Assembly: GCA_050178385.1 (NCBI GenBank) | Contig: JBFXGD010000044.1 | Span: 3,864 to 22,444, forward strand | Length of the DNA stretch: 18,581 nt | Direction: 5' to 3' | DNA from: Calditrichaceae bacterium | GTDB taxonomy: Bacteria; Calditrichota; Calditrichia; Calditrichales; JBFXGD01 | Shown here: positions 1 to 9,920 of the stretch, one piece after another | Position numbering within the stretch: position 1 is the stretch's first letter | Layout: the number at the start of each line of letters is the position of its first letter | Position numbers and translations under genes: made by a program | The notes under the pieces: model-generated | What the model was told of the DNA's origin: nothing | The model's database searches: none | What the model saw: the letters and a program-made list of their open reading frames with translations, nothing else

Positions 1-177
1 TGAAGTAAGCCGCTTTTAAACGCGAGTTTTGAAACAAATTGCGGCGGTTTGCATGGGAAATATTTTGAAATAATGGCCTACCTTCGCAAAGAATAAATGG
101 AAAAATAGACAGAATAAATTTATCAATCAGACCGGATGCGATAAAAAGAATCACTTTCCGCATATGATTGACTCTCT

Positions 178-1092
178 TTAAATCCGCTCCGGTTCAATAT
201 GGATCGATACAAATGTATCTTCTCCATATTCTTCTTTTAATCTCTGCTCGGCAAGCGTTGAAATATGATGCGCGTCGACTATATTTAATGAGGGGTTGAC
301 TTTTATATGCAAATCTATGGCAATATTATTGCCGATTTTCCGGGTCTTCAGGTTGTGAGGGTTTGTTGCGCCGGGTACGCTTTTTATGATTTCAATTATC
401 TCGGTGTTCGCGTCTTCGGAAAGTGAAGCCTCCGCCAGTTCATTTGCGCTATTCTTTAAAATAAGGATTGCCACTCTTAGAATTAAAAAACTGACTAAAA
501 CTGCCGCCAGGGGGTCCAGTACACGCCACGAATCACCTAAAATTATGGCTCCGCCGATACCTAGAGCGGCGGCGATTGAAGAAAAAGCATCCGAACGATG
601 ATGCCAGGCGTTCGCGATAATGGCATCGCTTTGAATCCATTTGCCGATACGATGAGTGTATTGATAGAGGACTTCCTTGACAATGACAGAAACGAGGGCT
701 GCGATAAAGGCAATCCAGCCGGGACGTCTTAAAACTTCACCGTTTAAGGTGTCATAGATTTTGCTGGCTCCACCCCAAAAAATACCGACAGCCGCGATTA
801 TAATCATGATGCTTATAAGTATGGTTGATAATGTTTCAAATTTACCGTGACCATAATTATGAGTTTTGTCTTTCGGTTTCTGAACAATGTGGAAGCTGAT
901 GATGACAATAAAATCAGTGACCAGGTCAGAAAGTGAGTGAATCGCATCGGCAATCATCGCTGCGCTGTGTCCGATGATGCCGGCAATCAGCTTAAACACA
1001 ACTAAAATAATTTCAAAAATGATACCAATCCAGGTCGCTTTTTTTGCTTCCCGGGATCGTTCGGTACTATCTTTAATCTGAAGGCTTTTCAT
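178..1092 (-). CDS. Cation diffusion facilitator (FieF/YiiP-family) metal efflux transporter
   Basis: 304 aa. It has the CDF signature 'SAAMIADAIHSLSD' (HxxxD), 'HNYGHGKFE', the TM5 'HHRSD', several hydrophobic helices and a C-terminal dimerisation domain ending 'IHIEP'. Confidence 0.93.
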   Translation of the reverse strand: MKSLQIKDSTERSREAKKATWIGIIFEIILVVFKLIAGIIGHSAAMIADAIHSLSDLVTDFIVIISFHIVQKPKDKTHNYGHGKFETLSTILISIMIIIAAVGIFWGGASKIYDTLNGEVLRRPGWIAFIAALVSVIVKEVLYQYTHRIGKWIQSDAIIANAWHHRSDAFSSIAAALGIGGAIILGDSWRVLDPLAAVLVSFLILRVAILILKNSANELAEASLSEDANTEIIEIIKSVPGATNPHNLKTRKIGNNIAIDLHIKVNPSLNIVDAHHISTLAEQRLKEEYGEDTFVSIHIEPERI

Positions 1093-1117
1093 TTTGACAG
1101 TTATTCCTGTTGCTTTA

Positions 1118-1708
1118 TTATGATAAACGTGTACTGTTTTGGAAATCGCTTTCCTTAAAAATGACTGCGGAGAATCGGTATATCTCTGTTATTGGGTCTT
1201 TCCAGGCGCTTTGATCGATATTTGCTTTGAGACATGTTTGGTTAAGAAGCGTTTCTCTGCTCCAATTGTATTCGGTAGCAACCTGTGGTAAAAGCAGCCC
1301 CTCATGTGGCAGGCGTCTGATTAATAATCCGTCTCTGCCAACTTCTATTTCTGTCAGATTTTTTACGCGGATCATCGGGCTCAATACAGATATCTCTATT
1401 TCTGCGTCAGAAAGTTCTGATTCTGATATCGGGTTAAAACGGGGATCATGAAAAGCGGCGGAAATCGCCATTTTTCTGACTGATTCCACTAATGCGGAAT
1501 AACCCTTTATATAGCCTATGCATCCTCTCAATTCTTCATGAATCTTTATGGTCACGAATACGCCGGTTTTTGTATTGAGTCCGTCAGAATAGTGGGCTTC
1601 AAAATTTGCCTCCAAGCCTTTGATCTCGGAGGCGATTACCTGCCTTGCCGTTTGCAGCAGATATTTTTTTTCCTCATTTGATAGATTTATGTCATATGAT
1701 TTTGTCAT
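1118..1708 (-). CDS. amrA: AMMECR1-domain protein (AmmeMemoRadiSam system protein A)
   Basis: It has the motifs 'GVFVT', 'LRGCIG', 'AAFHDPRF', 'EISVLS' and 'GLLLPQVA'. An AGGAG RBS lies upstream of the ATG. Confidence 0.92.
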   Translation of the reverse strand: MTKSYDINLSNEEKKYLLQTARQVIASEIKGLEANFEAHYSDGLNTKTGVFVTIKIHEELRGCIGYIKGYSALVESVRKMAISAAFHDPRFNPISESELSDAEIEISVLSPMIRVKNLTEIEVGRDGLLIRRLPHEGLLLPQVATEYNWSRETLLNQTCLKANIDQSAWKDPITEIYRFSAVIFKESDFQNSTRLS

Positions 1709-1932
1709 TAAGAACTCCTGTTATCGGGAAATATAAGGAAAAAAAACAAGTGCGACAATTATTGTCTGTAAGGATAACATCATATTCGTATAAACCCGCT
1801 TTTCCTGAAAACTTCTTTGACGGACTGATTTATTAGTAAGTTTTTTTCATTATCGGTGATAAAATTTGTAAACTTCCGTCATCTAAATTTATTGAACATA
1901 CGGAAAATATTTTATTAGAATCGGACTAATAT

Positions 1933-3384
1933 ATGCAGATAGATAATTATTTAAAAAAGTATTTCAAATTTGAATCGTTTCGAGGACAACAAAAAGCAAT
2001 CATTGAACACCTGATTAACAAAAAACACGCCCTGGTAATCATGCCTACCGGATCAGGAAAATCGATACTTTATCAGCTGCCGGCGCTTATGCTGCCCGGC
2101 TTAACGGTTGTCATTTCTCCCTTAATCGCTCTTATGAAAGATCAGGTGGACAGCCTTATAAAGAAAAATATCGATGCTGCCTTTATCAATTCATCTTTAG
2201 GAAAAAAAGAGAGGGAAGAAAGATACAGGAATATTGAAAATGGGCACTATAAAATGATATATGTGACTCCGGAAAGGTTTAGAAAAACCGAATTTCTGGA
2301 TGTGCTTTCCCGACGGGAAATCAGTCTTCTGGCGGTAGATGAAGCGCATTGCATAAGCCAGTGGGGACATGACTTCAGGCCGGACTATACCCGTATCAGG
2401 GAGTTTCGGAAGCTTATGCATGATCCTTTAACGATCGCGCTGACCGCTACAGCCACCCCCGCGGTACAGGCTGATATCATTAGACAATTGGGACTCCGGG
2501 AGAATGAGATTCGACTCTTTCATGAGGGAATCGACCGCCCGAATCTGTTCTTGGATTACAGGGATCTCTGGGGTGAAGATGAAAAACTAAAAGAAATATT
2601 AGAGATTGTGGAAAACAATCCTGGCAGCGGAATAGTCTATTTTGTGTTAATCAAAGATTTAATGCGGATGAGTGAGCTGCTTCATACAAAAAAACGGCCG
2701 CATCTGGTTTATCACGGCGATTTAACAGCGCCGGAAAGAAAAAGGATTCAAAATGAATTCATGAGAAAAGACAATAATCTTATTCTCGCTACGAATGCCT
2801 TCGGGATGGGAATCGATAAAGAATCGATTCGTTATGTGATCCACGTGCAAATACCGGGTTCACTGGAAGCATATTACCAGGAAATTGGAAGGGCGGGGAG
2901 AGATGGAAAGAAATCGGTCTGCACGCTGCTCTATGATGAACAGGATCTGAATATTCAGCTGGAATTCATGCGCTGGAACAATCCTACTGCAGAATTTTAT
3001 GACCGCGTGTATCATCTGCTGCTTTCAGATATAGAGCGCGTGAATGGCGAAGGACTCGATTATTTAAAGGAGCAGATGACCTATAAGAATAGGCGTGATT
3101 ATCGCGCGGAAACCGCCTTGGCGATTTTAGAGCGGTATGGGGTGATTGAAGGCAGCATTGAGCAAAAAAATATAACGGTTGTTTCCGAACTTCCCGACGC
3201 GCTTAGTGAACAGGAGTTACTCGATCATAAATTAAAAAATGAACAGGACAAATTATATAAAATGATGCTCTATACTAAATTAAGTACCTGCCGCAAAGCC
3301 TATATTCATGAATATTTTGGTTTGGAGCATCCGGATGAATGTATGACTTGTGACAATGACATAAAAATGACTAAGAGCGATTGA
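1933..3384 (+). CDS. recQ: RecQ-family ATP-dependent DNA helicase, short form without HRDC
   Basis: It has motif I 'MPTGSGKS', 'DEAHCISQWGHDFRPDY', 'LTATAT', 'ATNAFGMGIDK' and 'QEIGRAGRDG', plus a C-terminal Zn-type segment 'CRKAYIHEYFG...CMTCDND'. Confidence 0.93.
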   Translation: MQIDNYLKKYFKFESFRGQQKAIIEHLINKKHALVIMPTGSGKSILYQLPALMLPGLTVVISPLIALMKDQVDSLIKKNIDAAFINSSLGKKEREERYRNIENGHYKMIYVTPERFRKTEFLDVLSRREISLLAVDEAHCISQWGHDFRPDYTRIREFRKLMHDPLTIALTATATPAVQADIIRQLGLRENEIRLFHEGIDRPNLFLDYRDLWGEDEKLKEILEIVENNPGSGIVYFVLIKDLMRMSELLHTKKRPHLVYHGDLTAPERKRIQNEFMRKDNNLILATNAFGMGIDKESIRYVIHVQIPGSLEAYYQEIGRAGRDGKKSVCTLLYDEQDLNIQLEFMRWNNPTAEFYDRVYHLLLSDIERVNGEGLDYLKEQMTYKNRRDYRAETALAILERYGVIEGSIEQKNITVVSELPDALSEQELLDHKLKNEQDKLYKMMLYTKLSTCRKAYIHEYFGLEHPDECMTCDNDIKMTKSD

Positions 3385-4258
3385 CAAAAAACACTGAAAG
3401 AATGATAAGCCCAGCCCCGGAAATAGCAAGAGGGTCGGGGAACTGATCCCAGATCAATAGCCCCCATCCGATTGAAAAAAGGACATTCATATACCCGACA
3501 TTAGTCGCTCTGGCGGCTGTTTCACGGTGCAGGCCGCGGGTCATAAATACCTGCGCGATCTGGGTGGCTATCCCGACACCAAACAGCGCCAGCCACTCCG
3601 GGATGGTCGGCCAGACAAAGGAATATGTTGTATCAGGCAGGGAAACCAGGGTCGCGAAACCGGAAAAATACAGGATAATGGTGAATTCGTGGTCAGATTT
3701 TCCGAGAACCCTCACCGTTACATAAGCGATGGAAGTACAGACCGCGCCGCTTAGTCCGATTATGGTCGCGTAGGGATCAAGCGAAAATGTCGGTTTGATA
3801 ATCAGTATAATTCCCAAAAATCCAACGAGATACAATCCCCATTGTTTGTTTGTGTTTACCTCCTTCAATATAAACGGCGCGATTAGAGCGGTAATCAACG
3901 GATTTGTATATAATAAAAGTGTTGAATCGGCTATGGGCAGGACGGTCAGGGTATAAAAGAAAGCCGATAAACCGAAAAACCCAAAAACCGCCCTTATGAT
4001 TAGTAATCCGCGGCGCTTGCCGGTAATCGAAATATGACCCTTTCTGATGAGGTAGAAAGTCATCAGAAAAGCTAATAATGATCTGATAAACACAATTTCC
4101 TGAGAGGGCAGCCTTGAGCCGGATAATTTGACAAAAACGGCCATCACGCTGTAAAAGAAAGCGGCGGCGATCATAAGTCTGATTCCGGGTGTGAAGGCAA
4201 ATTGCCGCTGTAGATTATTTAGGATTTTAGTTCTGAACATATGTGTTTTTCTGTACAA
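3371..4258 (-). CDS. DMT/EamA-family transporter
   Basis: There are about 10 hydrophobic helices in two EamA-like repeats ('APFILKE', 'GIILIIKP'). The start is uncertain because downstream ATGs exist. The 3' end overlaps the convergent recQ by 14 nt. Confidence 0.88.
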   Translation of the reverse strand: MYRKTHMFRTKILNNLQRQFAFTPGIRLMIAAAFFYSVMAVFVKLSGSRLPSQEIVFIRSLLAFLMTFYLIRKGHISITGKRRGLLIIRAVFGFFGLSAFFYTLTVLPIADSTLLLYTNPLITALIAPFILKEVNTNKQWGLYLVGFLGIILIIKPTFSLDPYATIIGLSGAVCTSIAYVTVRVLGKSDHEFTIILYFSGFATLVSLPDTTYSFVWPTIPEWLALFGVGIATQIAQVFMTRGLHRETAARATNVGYMNVLFSIGWGLLIWDQFPDPLAISGAGLIILSVFFVNRS

Positions 4259-4375
4259 ATTAAATCATGAATATACATGCTTTTTTGTATCAAATCAGCA
4301 AAATAATATGAAATGATTTTTGTTGCCGGAATGAGGGATGAATGATATTCGGCCAAATGATATGACGAATGTTTC

Positions 4376-5593
4376 TTAGTTCTTAAGGCTGAAATTTTTC
4401 TCAGCCATTTCCGCGATTATTTTACCAATGCTGATGGACGCTGTCGCGGCCGGGGATGGGGCATTCAGAACATGAATCATGTTTTCGGCTTCAACAATGC
4501 GAAAATCATCGACCAGGCTGCCGTCAGGCGTTAAAGCCTGAGCCCTGACTCCGGCGCCTCCCGGAGAAATATCGGATTCTGTGATTTCAGGTATGAGTTT
4601 TTGCAGCGCCTTAACAAAGGCATGTTTATAAAACGACCGGTAGAATTCACCGAGTCCGGTTTTCATGTATCTGGCCGCGAGACGGATAAAACCCGGGTAA
4701 GTGAATGTATCAATAGTATCTTTTAAGGAGAAGCTTGTCTTCTGGTATCCTTCCCGTTTGAAGGAAAGAACGGCATTGGGCCCGGCTTCAATTCCTCCGT
4801 GAATCATTCTTGTGAAGTGAACACCCAGAAAAGGAAATGAAGGATCGGGGACGGGATAAATCAGATTGTTAACGAGATGGTGTTTCTCAGAATTTAACTT
4901 ATAATATTCCCCGCGGAAAGGGACAATCATCAGACCGGGATTGATCCCACAGATTTTGGCTATCCGGTCAGACTGTAATCCGCCGCAATTTATGAGATTT
5001 ATGGCCCTCACATCGCCGCTGGTGGTTTTGATGATCAGCTCTCCGGAATAACGGCCAAGCTCCGTGAATCTCGCATTGGTGATGATATCATTTCCTGCTT
5101 CTCGAATCACTCTTGCAAATGCTTCGCATACATCTACATAATCAACAATTCCGGTTTCAGGGACCAACAGGCCGGCTATTCCTTCCACATGGGGTTCATA
5201 TTCTCTAAGTTCTTCGCGGTTTAATTTTTTGAGACCTGTAAGGCCGTTAGCGAGTCCGCGTTTTTCCATATCATCCAGAATGGCAAGTTCTTTTTCACTG
5301 GCAGCCACAACAACTTTGCCGCATTTTTCATGAGGAATTTCATGACGCTGACAAAATTCATACATAGCCTTTCGCCCGGTAACACAATTTTTGGCTTTTA
5401 GTGAACCGGGTTTGTAATAAAGACCCGAGTGAATGACTCCGCTGTTATTACCTGTCTGATGACGCGCAATATGCTGCTCGGCCTCAATCACAACGATTTT
5501 CATATTGGGGATTTGGGACAATACCATCGCAGAAGCGAGACCGACAATGCCGCCGCCAATAATTGCCACATCATATTTCCCGGATGCGTCCAA
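4376..5593 (-). CDS. lhgO: L-2-hydroxyglutarate oxidase/dehydrogenase (FAD-dependent)
   Basis: It has the FAD motif 'IIGGGIVG', 'HQTGNNSGVIHSGLYYKPGSLKA', 'IYPVPDPSFPFLGVHFT', 'AGVRAQA' and 'HVLNAPSPAATAS'. The start is TTG, preceded by GGAG. Confidence 0.93.
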   Translation of the reverse strand: MDASGKYDVAIIGGGIVGLASAMVLSQIPNMKIVVIEAEQHIARHQTGNNSGVIHSGLYYKPGSLKAKNCVTGRKAMYEFCQRHEIPHEKCGKVVVAASEKELAILDDMEKRGLANGLTGLKKLNREELREYEPHVEGIAGLLVPETGIVDYVDVCEAFARVIREAGNDIITNARFTELGRYSGELIIKTTSGDVRAINLINCGGLQSDRIAKICGINPGLMIVPFRGEYYKLNSEKHHLVNNLIYPVPDPSFPFLGVHFTRMIHGGIEAGPNAVLSFKREGYQKTSFSLKDTIDTFTYPGFIRLAARYMKTGLGEFYRSFYKHAFVKALQKLIPEITESDISPGGAGVRAQALTPDGSLVDDFRIVEAENMIHVLNAPSPAATASISIGKIIAEMAEKNFSLKN

Positions 5594-5650
5594 TCCATTC
5601 TCCAGTTTCTTTTAAAGATTGTGTGACATGGCTTTACATAATCTTAGTAA

Positions 5651-6466
5651 TTAATTCCTGTTCATCAGTTTTTCGACATCAATGAGACCGATCGGCTCGG
5701 TGCAATCTTCGTCTTCAAAACGCAGATAGACGATATCATTAAAAATATCAATTTTATCCACAAACGCCTTGCCCCTTTTTGTGTACACCAATGTTTCGAG
5801 GGGCGGGAATTTTTTGAGAGATGCCTCGTAAAAACCTTTTTCAAATAACAGGCAGCATTTCAGCCTGCCGCAGACACCCGTGATTTTTGACGGATTTAAC
5901 GGGATATTTTGTTCCTTGGCATATTGTGTTGAGATCGGTTCGAAGTCTTTTATGAATGAAGAACAGCAAAGCGGTTTGCCGCAAACACCAAGGCCGCCTA
6001 TCCGGCGGGCTTCGTCCCGGACGCCGATCTGTCTCAGCTCAATCCTGGTTCGGTAATATGCCGCCAGATCCTTTACCAGTTCGCGGAAATCAACCCGTTT
6101 GTCACTTGTGAAATAGAATGTCAGCTTGTTATGATCATATTGATATTCCACATCAACAAGCTTCATATTTAATCCGTGCTTTTTGATTTTCTCGCGGGCG
6201 ACTACAAAACCCTGGGCTTCCTTCCTCCGGTTTTCGTCCAATTCCTTTAAGTCTTCCGGGCCTGCTTTGCGGATCAGAACTTTTGGTTTACCCTTAATTT
6301 CGCTAAGGGTGACCAGTCTTCCAACCTTACTTATCGTGCCCATATCTATACCTTTATCCGCCTCAACGATAGCGTAATCACCAGGTTTTAGCTTTATTTC
6401 CTTGGGATTAAGATAGGGGGCGCGTCTATTCCCTTTGAAAGATATTTCTACCAATTCCGGCGTCAT
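5651..6466 (-). CDS. ricT: PSP1-domain protein, RicT/YaaT family (Fe-S binding)
   Basis: It has the PSP1 motif 'KLTFYFTSDKRVDFRELVKDLA...TRIELRQIGVRDEAR' and the Cys clusters 'CGKPLCC' and 'CGRLKCC'. It overlaps holB via ATGA at 6463-6466. Confidence 0.92.
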   Translation of the reverse strand: MTPELVEISFKGNRRAPYLNPKEIKLKPGDYAIVEADKGIDMGTISKVGRLVTLSEIKGKPKVLIRKAGPEDLKELDENRRKEAQGFVVAREKIKKHGLNMKLVDVEYQYDHNKLTFYFTSDKRVDFRELVKDLAAYYRTRIELRQIGVRDEARRIGGLGVCGKPLCCSSFIKDFEPISTQYAKEQNIPLNPSKITGVCGRLKCCLLFEKGFYEASLKKFPPLETLVYTKRGKAFVDKIDIFNDIVYLRFEDEDCTEPIGLIDVEKLMNRN

Positions 6467-7581
6467 ACCGTACTCTCCTTCATTCTAATCTGTGTTTTGA
6501 TCAGATGATTTTTTATTTCGATGGCCAGGTTGACTAGAGTCGATGCCGTATGTGCATTATGAGTTATATCAATATATGCTTCTTCTGCCAATTCAATCAA
6601 CAAATTAAAATCAGCTTTTTTATAAATTTCCACGAATTTTTCTATTTTCATTGTAAAATCTATATTTATAAAATCACTGTTTTCATTGAGTATTGAGTAA
6701 TGCAGAGAGTCCCTCAACCATAGAATAAGTAAATTTAATATTTCCAAAACAACATTCTTGTCCCGGTTTTTGATTATTTCATCAACCGTATTTGATACCT
6801 GCAGCATATTATTTGATGCGATGGTCGCTAAAAACTTGTAAACCAACTCACGCTGCGATTCAGATCCCGAATGAAGAAGTGAGAAGACCCGCTTGACATT
6901 ATTTTGAGCGATTCGGATCAATGGAATTAAATCAATCTCAGTTTTTTCGTAACGTTTGATGATGGGAATGATTTGTTCGTCTGAGAATTTCGGGAAAAAA
7001 ATCAGCTGACATCTGGATCGGATAGTCTCCAGTAAACTGTTACGATCATTTGTAGTCAGAATTATTATCAGGTTTTCAGGAGGCTCTTCCAGCAGTTTCA
7101 GGAACGAGTTGGTGGCTTCTCGCGACATATAATCAGCCTCTGAAATAATAAACACTTTTTTAGATGCCTCATAGGGGGCGTATTTTGATTCGATCTTTAA
7201 TTCACGGATGGTATCGATCGGTATGTTCTTGTGACCGGAGATTTCAACATTCTTGTATATGTTTTTTCTTTTTTCCGCAATGATTTTTGCAACCAGTTCA
7301 TTGGCTTTCTCAGGTGTTTTCTGTTTTACAACAGGAAATATAATCTTTATGTCCGGGTGATTAATGTGATTGATTTTGATACAGGATGGGCATTCCCCGC
7401 ACGGGCGTCTGTCTTCGGAAGAACAGTTTAACGCCTTGGCAAGCTCAAAAGCGAAAGCTTCCTTACCGGTTCCGTCATCACCGTAGAACAAGTAGGCGTG
7501 AGCAAGACGGTTGCTGTTGATGCTGTTAATAAAAAATCTTTTTACTCTATCCTGAACGAATGAGTTCTCAAAGTATTTCAT
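6463..7581 (-). CDS. holB: DNA polymerase III subunit delta'
   Basis: It has 'RLAHAYLFYGDDGTGKE', the Zn module 'C..PCGECPSC', 'HPD', 'NSFLKLLEEPP' and the SRC motif 'TIRSRC'. It sits in the conserved position upstream of ricT. Confidence 0.92.
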   Translation of the reverse strand: MKYFENSFVQDRVKRFFINSINSNRLAHAYLFYGDDGTGKEAFAFELAKALNCSSEDRRPCGECPSCIKINHINHPDIKIIFPVVKQKTPEKANELVAKIIAEKRKNIYKNVEISGHKNIPIDTIRELKIESKYAPYEASKKVFIISEADYMSREATNSFLKLLEEPPENLIIILTTNDRNSLLETIRSRCQLIFFPKFSDEQIIPIIKRYEKTEIDLIPLIRIAQNNVKRVFSLLHSGSESQRELVYKFLATIASNNMLQVSNTVDEIIKNRDKNVVLEILNLLILWLRDSLHYSILNENSDFINIDFTMKIEKFVEIYKKADFNLLIELAEEAYIDITHNAHTASTLVNLAIEIKNHLIKTQIRMKESTV

Positions 7582-7914
7582 TAATATATATATAAATCCA
7601 GTGATTGCTTTAGTTTACTATATTAAAATATACATAAAATTTGCAGGTTAATAAAGCTGAATTGTTTTAAAATTCAATTATGAGAGATATTTACGGCTGA
7701 AACGAAACTTTTCCGGTAAACAAAGAGTTATTCGTTATTCATTCCAAGTCACTCTGAAAGGGTCATAAAATTTCAGGACCGTTCATCGTAATGACAGGGT
7801 ACCGACCTTGTTCCGATGTGATTTCAATTCATTGTATTGATAATTAATAGCGGAAATGCTATCTTTAGAGAAAGCAGTTAATAATTGCGTAATTGATAAA
7901 GGAACAGAGATTAG

Positions 7915-8793
7915 ATGGATCGGCGCCAAAGGATTTTGCTTTTTGCAATTCTCCTTTCACTCTTACTTCATGTTTTCATGTTTTTTCTACTGGACAAAGA
8001 AAAATGGCTGGTATTCAGTATGGAGAAAGATAAGGAATCCTTTCCTCAGGAATTAACATTTCTTTTCCCGGAGAATAAACCTGATGATGAGTCAAAACAG
8101 GTTGTGGAAAATATAAATGAAAATGAATTAATGCCGGATAAATCAAATCTGTTGTCTGATAAAAATTCAAGGGCGCGGAATCCGATTAAAACTGATGAAA
8201 TCAGTGACCTGCCAAGCAGTACAGGAAATACGCCGTTCCCGGATTTTTCCGCGCCATCTTCAAAGCCAAGCATGTCACAACCGGCGCCTTACAGGCGTTT
8301 TGACAGCAGGGCGCTGACAAATAATGACCCCGGACAGGATAAGATTCGGACTGATTCGGAAAAAGAAAAAAATGAACAGGACGAGGCTATAAAAAGTTCA
8401 ACCGCGAGCAGCGGGGCGAACCAGATGCTTGAGCAAAAAAAGTTTTCGGTCGAAGAGGTTGGAGCCCTTTCTCTCAGTACTTATCAATGGGAATGGGCGC
8501 CATATATTCACGCGCTCAAGGAAAAATTGGGACGAGTCTGGTATGCGCCCACAGCATACTACCGGCTGGGATTAATCCACGGGTATTCGATAATTACATT
8601 CGAAATTGACCGTAGCGGAGAAATAATCAGGATGGAACTTGTGCGGCATGAAGGGCATGAATCACTGCAAACATCGAGTACGGAAGCAATAAAAGCTTTG
8701 TTTCCTTTTATGCCTCTGCCGGAAAATTTCCCGGAAAATACACTAACGATAACTGCAAAATTAGTATACCCAGATTTAAGAAGCAGGAGATAA
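7915..8793 (+). CDS. TonB/TolA-like energy transducer
   Basis: A single N-terminal TM helix carries S-x3-H ('SLLLH'), followed by a long polar Pro/Ser-rich spacer and a TonB/TolA-type C-terminal domain ('ITFEIDRSGEI...PFMPLPENFP'). It lies 3 nt upstream of an exbB-like gene. Confidence 0.82.
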   Translation: MDRRQRILLFAILLSLLLHVFMFFLLDKEKWLVFSMEKDKESFPQELTFLFPENKPDDESKQVVENINENELMPDKSNLLSDKNSRARNPIKTDEISDLPSSTGNTPFPDFSAPSSKPSMSQPAPYRRFDSRALTNNDPGQDKIRTDSEKEKNEQDEAIKSSTASSGANQMLEQKKFSVEEVGALSLSTYQWEWAPYIHALKEKLGRVWYAPTAYYRLGLIHGYSIITFEIDRSGEIIRMELVRHEGHESLQTSSTEAIKALFPFMPLPENFPENTLTITAKLVYPDLRSRR

Positions 8794-8796
8794 AAT

Positions 8797-9441
8797 ATGA
8801 TTGAATTATTCCAACGCGGCGGAATAATGATGTATCCGCTATTATTGACATCACTTGTCGCTCTGGCATTTATTATTGAGCGCGCCATTCTTTTACGAAA
8901 GAAAAAAGTGCTCATTCCGGAGATTACATCGGTAGTCAACAACTTTTCGTCGTTAAAAGACATCGACCTGGCCAGTACAATTTGTGAAAAATACGAAGGT
9001 CCTCTTCCGAATATTATAAAAATCGGGTTAAAAAATTATGATCTTCCGAAATCTGAAATAAAAGATATCCTTGAAGATCAGGGCCGGCAGGAAATCCGGA
9101 AATTGGAAAAAGGACTTGTGGTGCTGGAAACGTCCGCGTCGATTGCTCCTCTATTGGGACTTCTGGGAACTGTTATCGGGATGGTAGAGGTATTCGCCGT
9201 GATAAAAGATCAGGGTATAGGGCAGACAGCTGCTCTTTCAGGCGGTATCTCGCAGGCTTTGCTGACCACCGTAACGGGTTTGTTTATCGGTATCCCCGTT
9301 TTAATCGCCTATAATTTTTTTACAAACAAGGCGGAAGGCCTTGTTCTTGATATTGAAAAATACACGAATGATCTTATTCAAAAAATTGTAAATATTAAAA
9401 AGAGTGAACAACAGACTCAACCGGCTCAATCGCAAAAATAA
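8797..9441 (+). CDS. exbB: MotA/TolQ/ExbB proton channel family protein
   Basis: It has 'GGIMMYPL', 'APLLGLLGTVIGM' and 'GGISQALLTTVTGLFIGIP'. Confidence 0.9.
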   Translation: MIELFQRGGIMMYPLLLTSLVALAFIIERAILLRKKKVLIPEITSVVNNFSSLKDIDLASTICEKYEGPLPNIIKIGLKNYDLPKSEIKDILEDQGRQEIRKLEKGLVVLETSASIAPLLGLLGTVIGMVEVFAVIKDQGIGQTAALSGGISQALLTTVTGLFIGIPVLIAYNFFTNKAEGLVLDIEKYTNDLIQKIVNIKKSEQQTQPAQSQK

Positions 9442-9459
9442 AATCAGAGAATATTTAAG

Positions 9460-9858
9460 ATGAAGTTAGCAAATAAAAAAGTACGGAAAATCTCAATCAA
9501 TTTAACATCGCTGATTGATGTTCTGTTTATCCTGATTATCTTCTTTGCAGTATCGTCAACTTTTCTTGAACAGCCGGGTATTGAGCTGGAGCTGCCAGAA
9601 GCTGTGAGCTCTGAGACTCATACAACCCAGAAAATTATTATTTATGTGGACAAGGATCAAAATGTATTTCTGAACGACGATTTGGTGTCCATGAATAATC
9701 TTCTGGATGAAGTGAAGAAGCTGGTAAAGGCAAAAGACGATAAAAGCATCGTGCTAAAAGCAGATGCACGGGTGACACATGGATGGATTATAAAAATCAT
9801 GGATGCGCTGAGAAAAGAAGGTATATATAAAATTGTAGTCTCGACGGTAAAACCTTAA
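9460..9858 (+). CDS. exbD: ExbD/TolR biopolymer transport protein
   Basis: It has 'INLTSLIDVLFILIIFF' with the essential Asp, and the periplasmic 'VLKADARVTHG...MDALR'. Confidence 0.92.
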   Translation: MKLANKKVRKISINLTSLIDVLFILIIFFAVSSTFLEQPGIELELPEAVSSETHTTQKIIIYVDKDQNVFLNDDLVSMNNLLDEVKKLVKAKDDKSIVLKADARVTHGWIIKIMDALRKEGIYKIVVSTVKP

Positions 9859-9920
9859 ATGTATGATATATACGTCCGGAATGCTTTGCGTTGCTCTCAA
9901 ACCGGGTTACAGGTGGGAAT

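Noticed and set aside
1..177. Possible gene end or RNA at the window start
   Set aside because: All three + frames stop within 20 nt, and I found no convincing structure or motif.
7727..7744. Short tandem repeat GTTATTC-GTTATTC-ATTC
   Set aside because: There are only two full 7-mers in AT-rich DNA, which is compatible with chance.
7582..7914. Cobalamin, c-di-GMP or other known riboswitch, or a Fur box, upstream of tonB-exbBD
   Set aside because: There is no B12-box or GEMM consensus. The AT-rich GATAAT-like matches near 7835-7900 are too degenerate to call.
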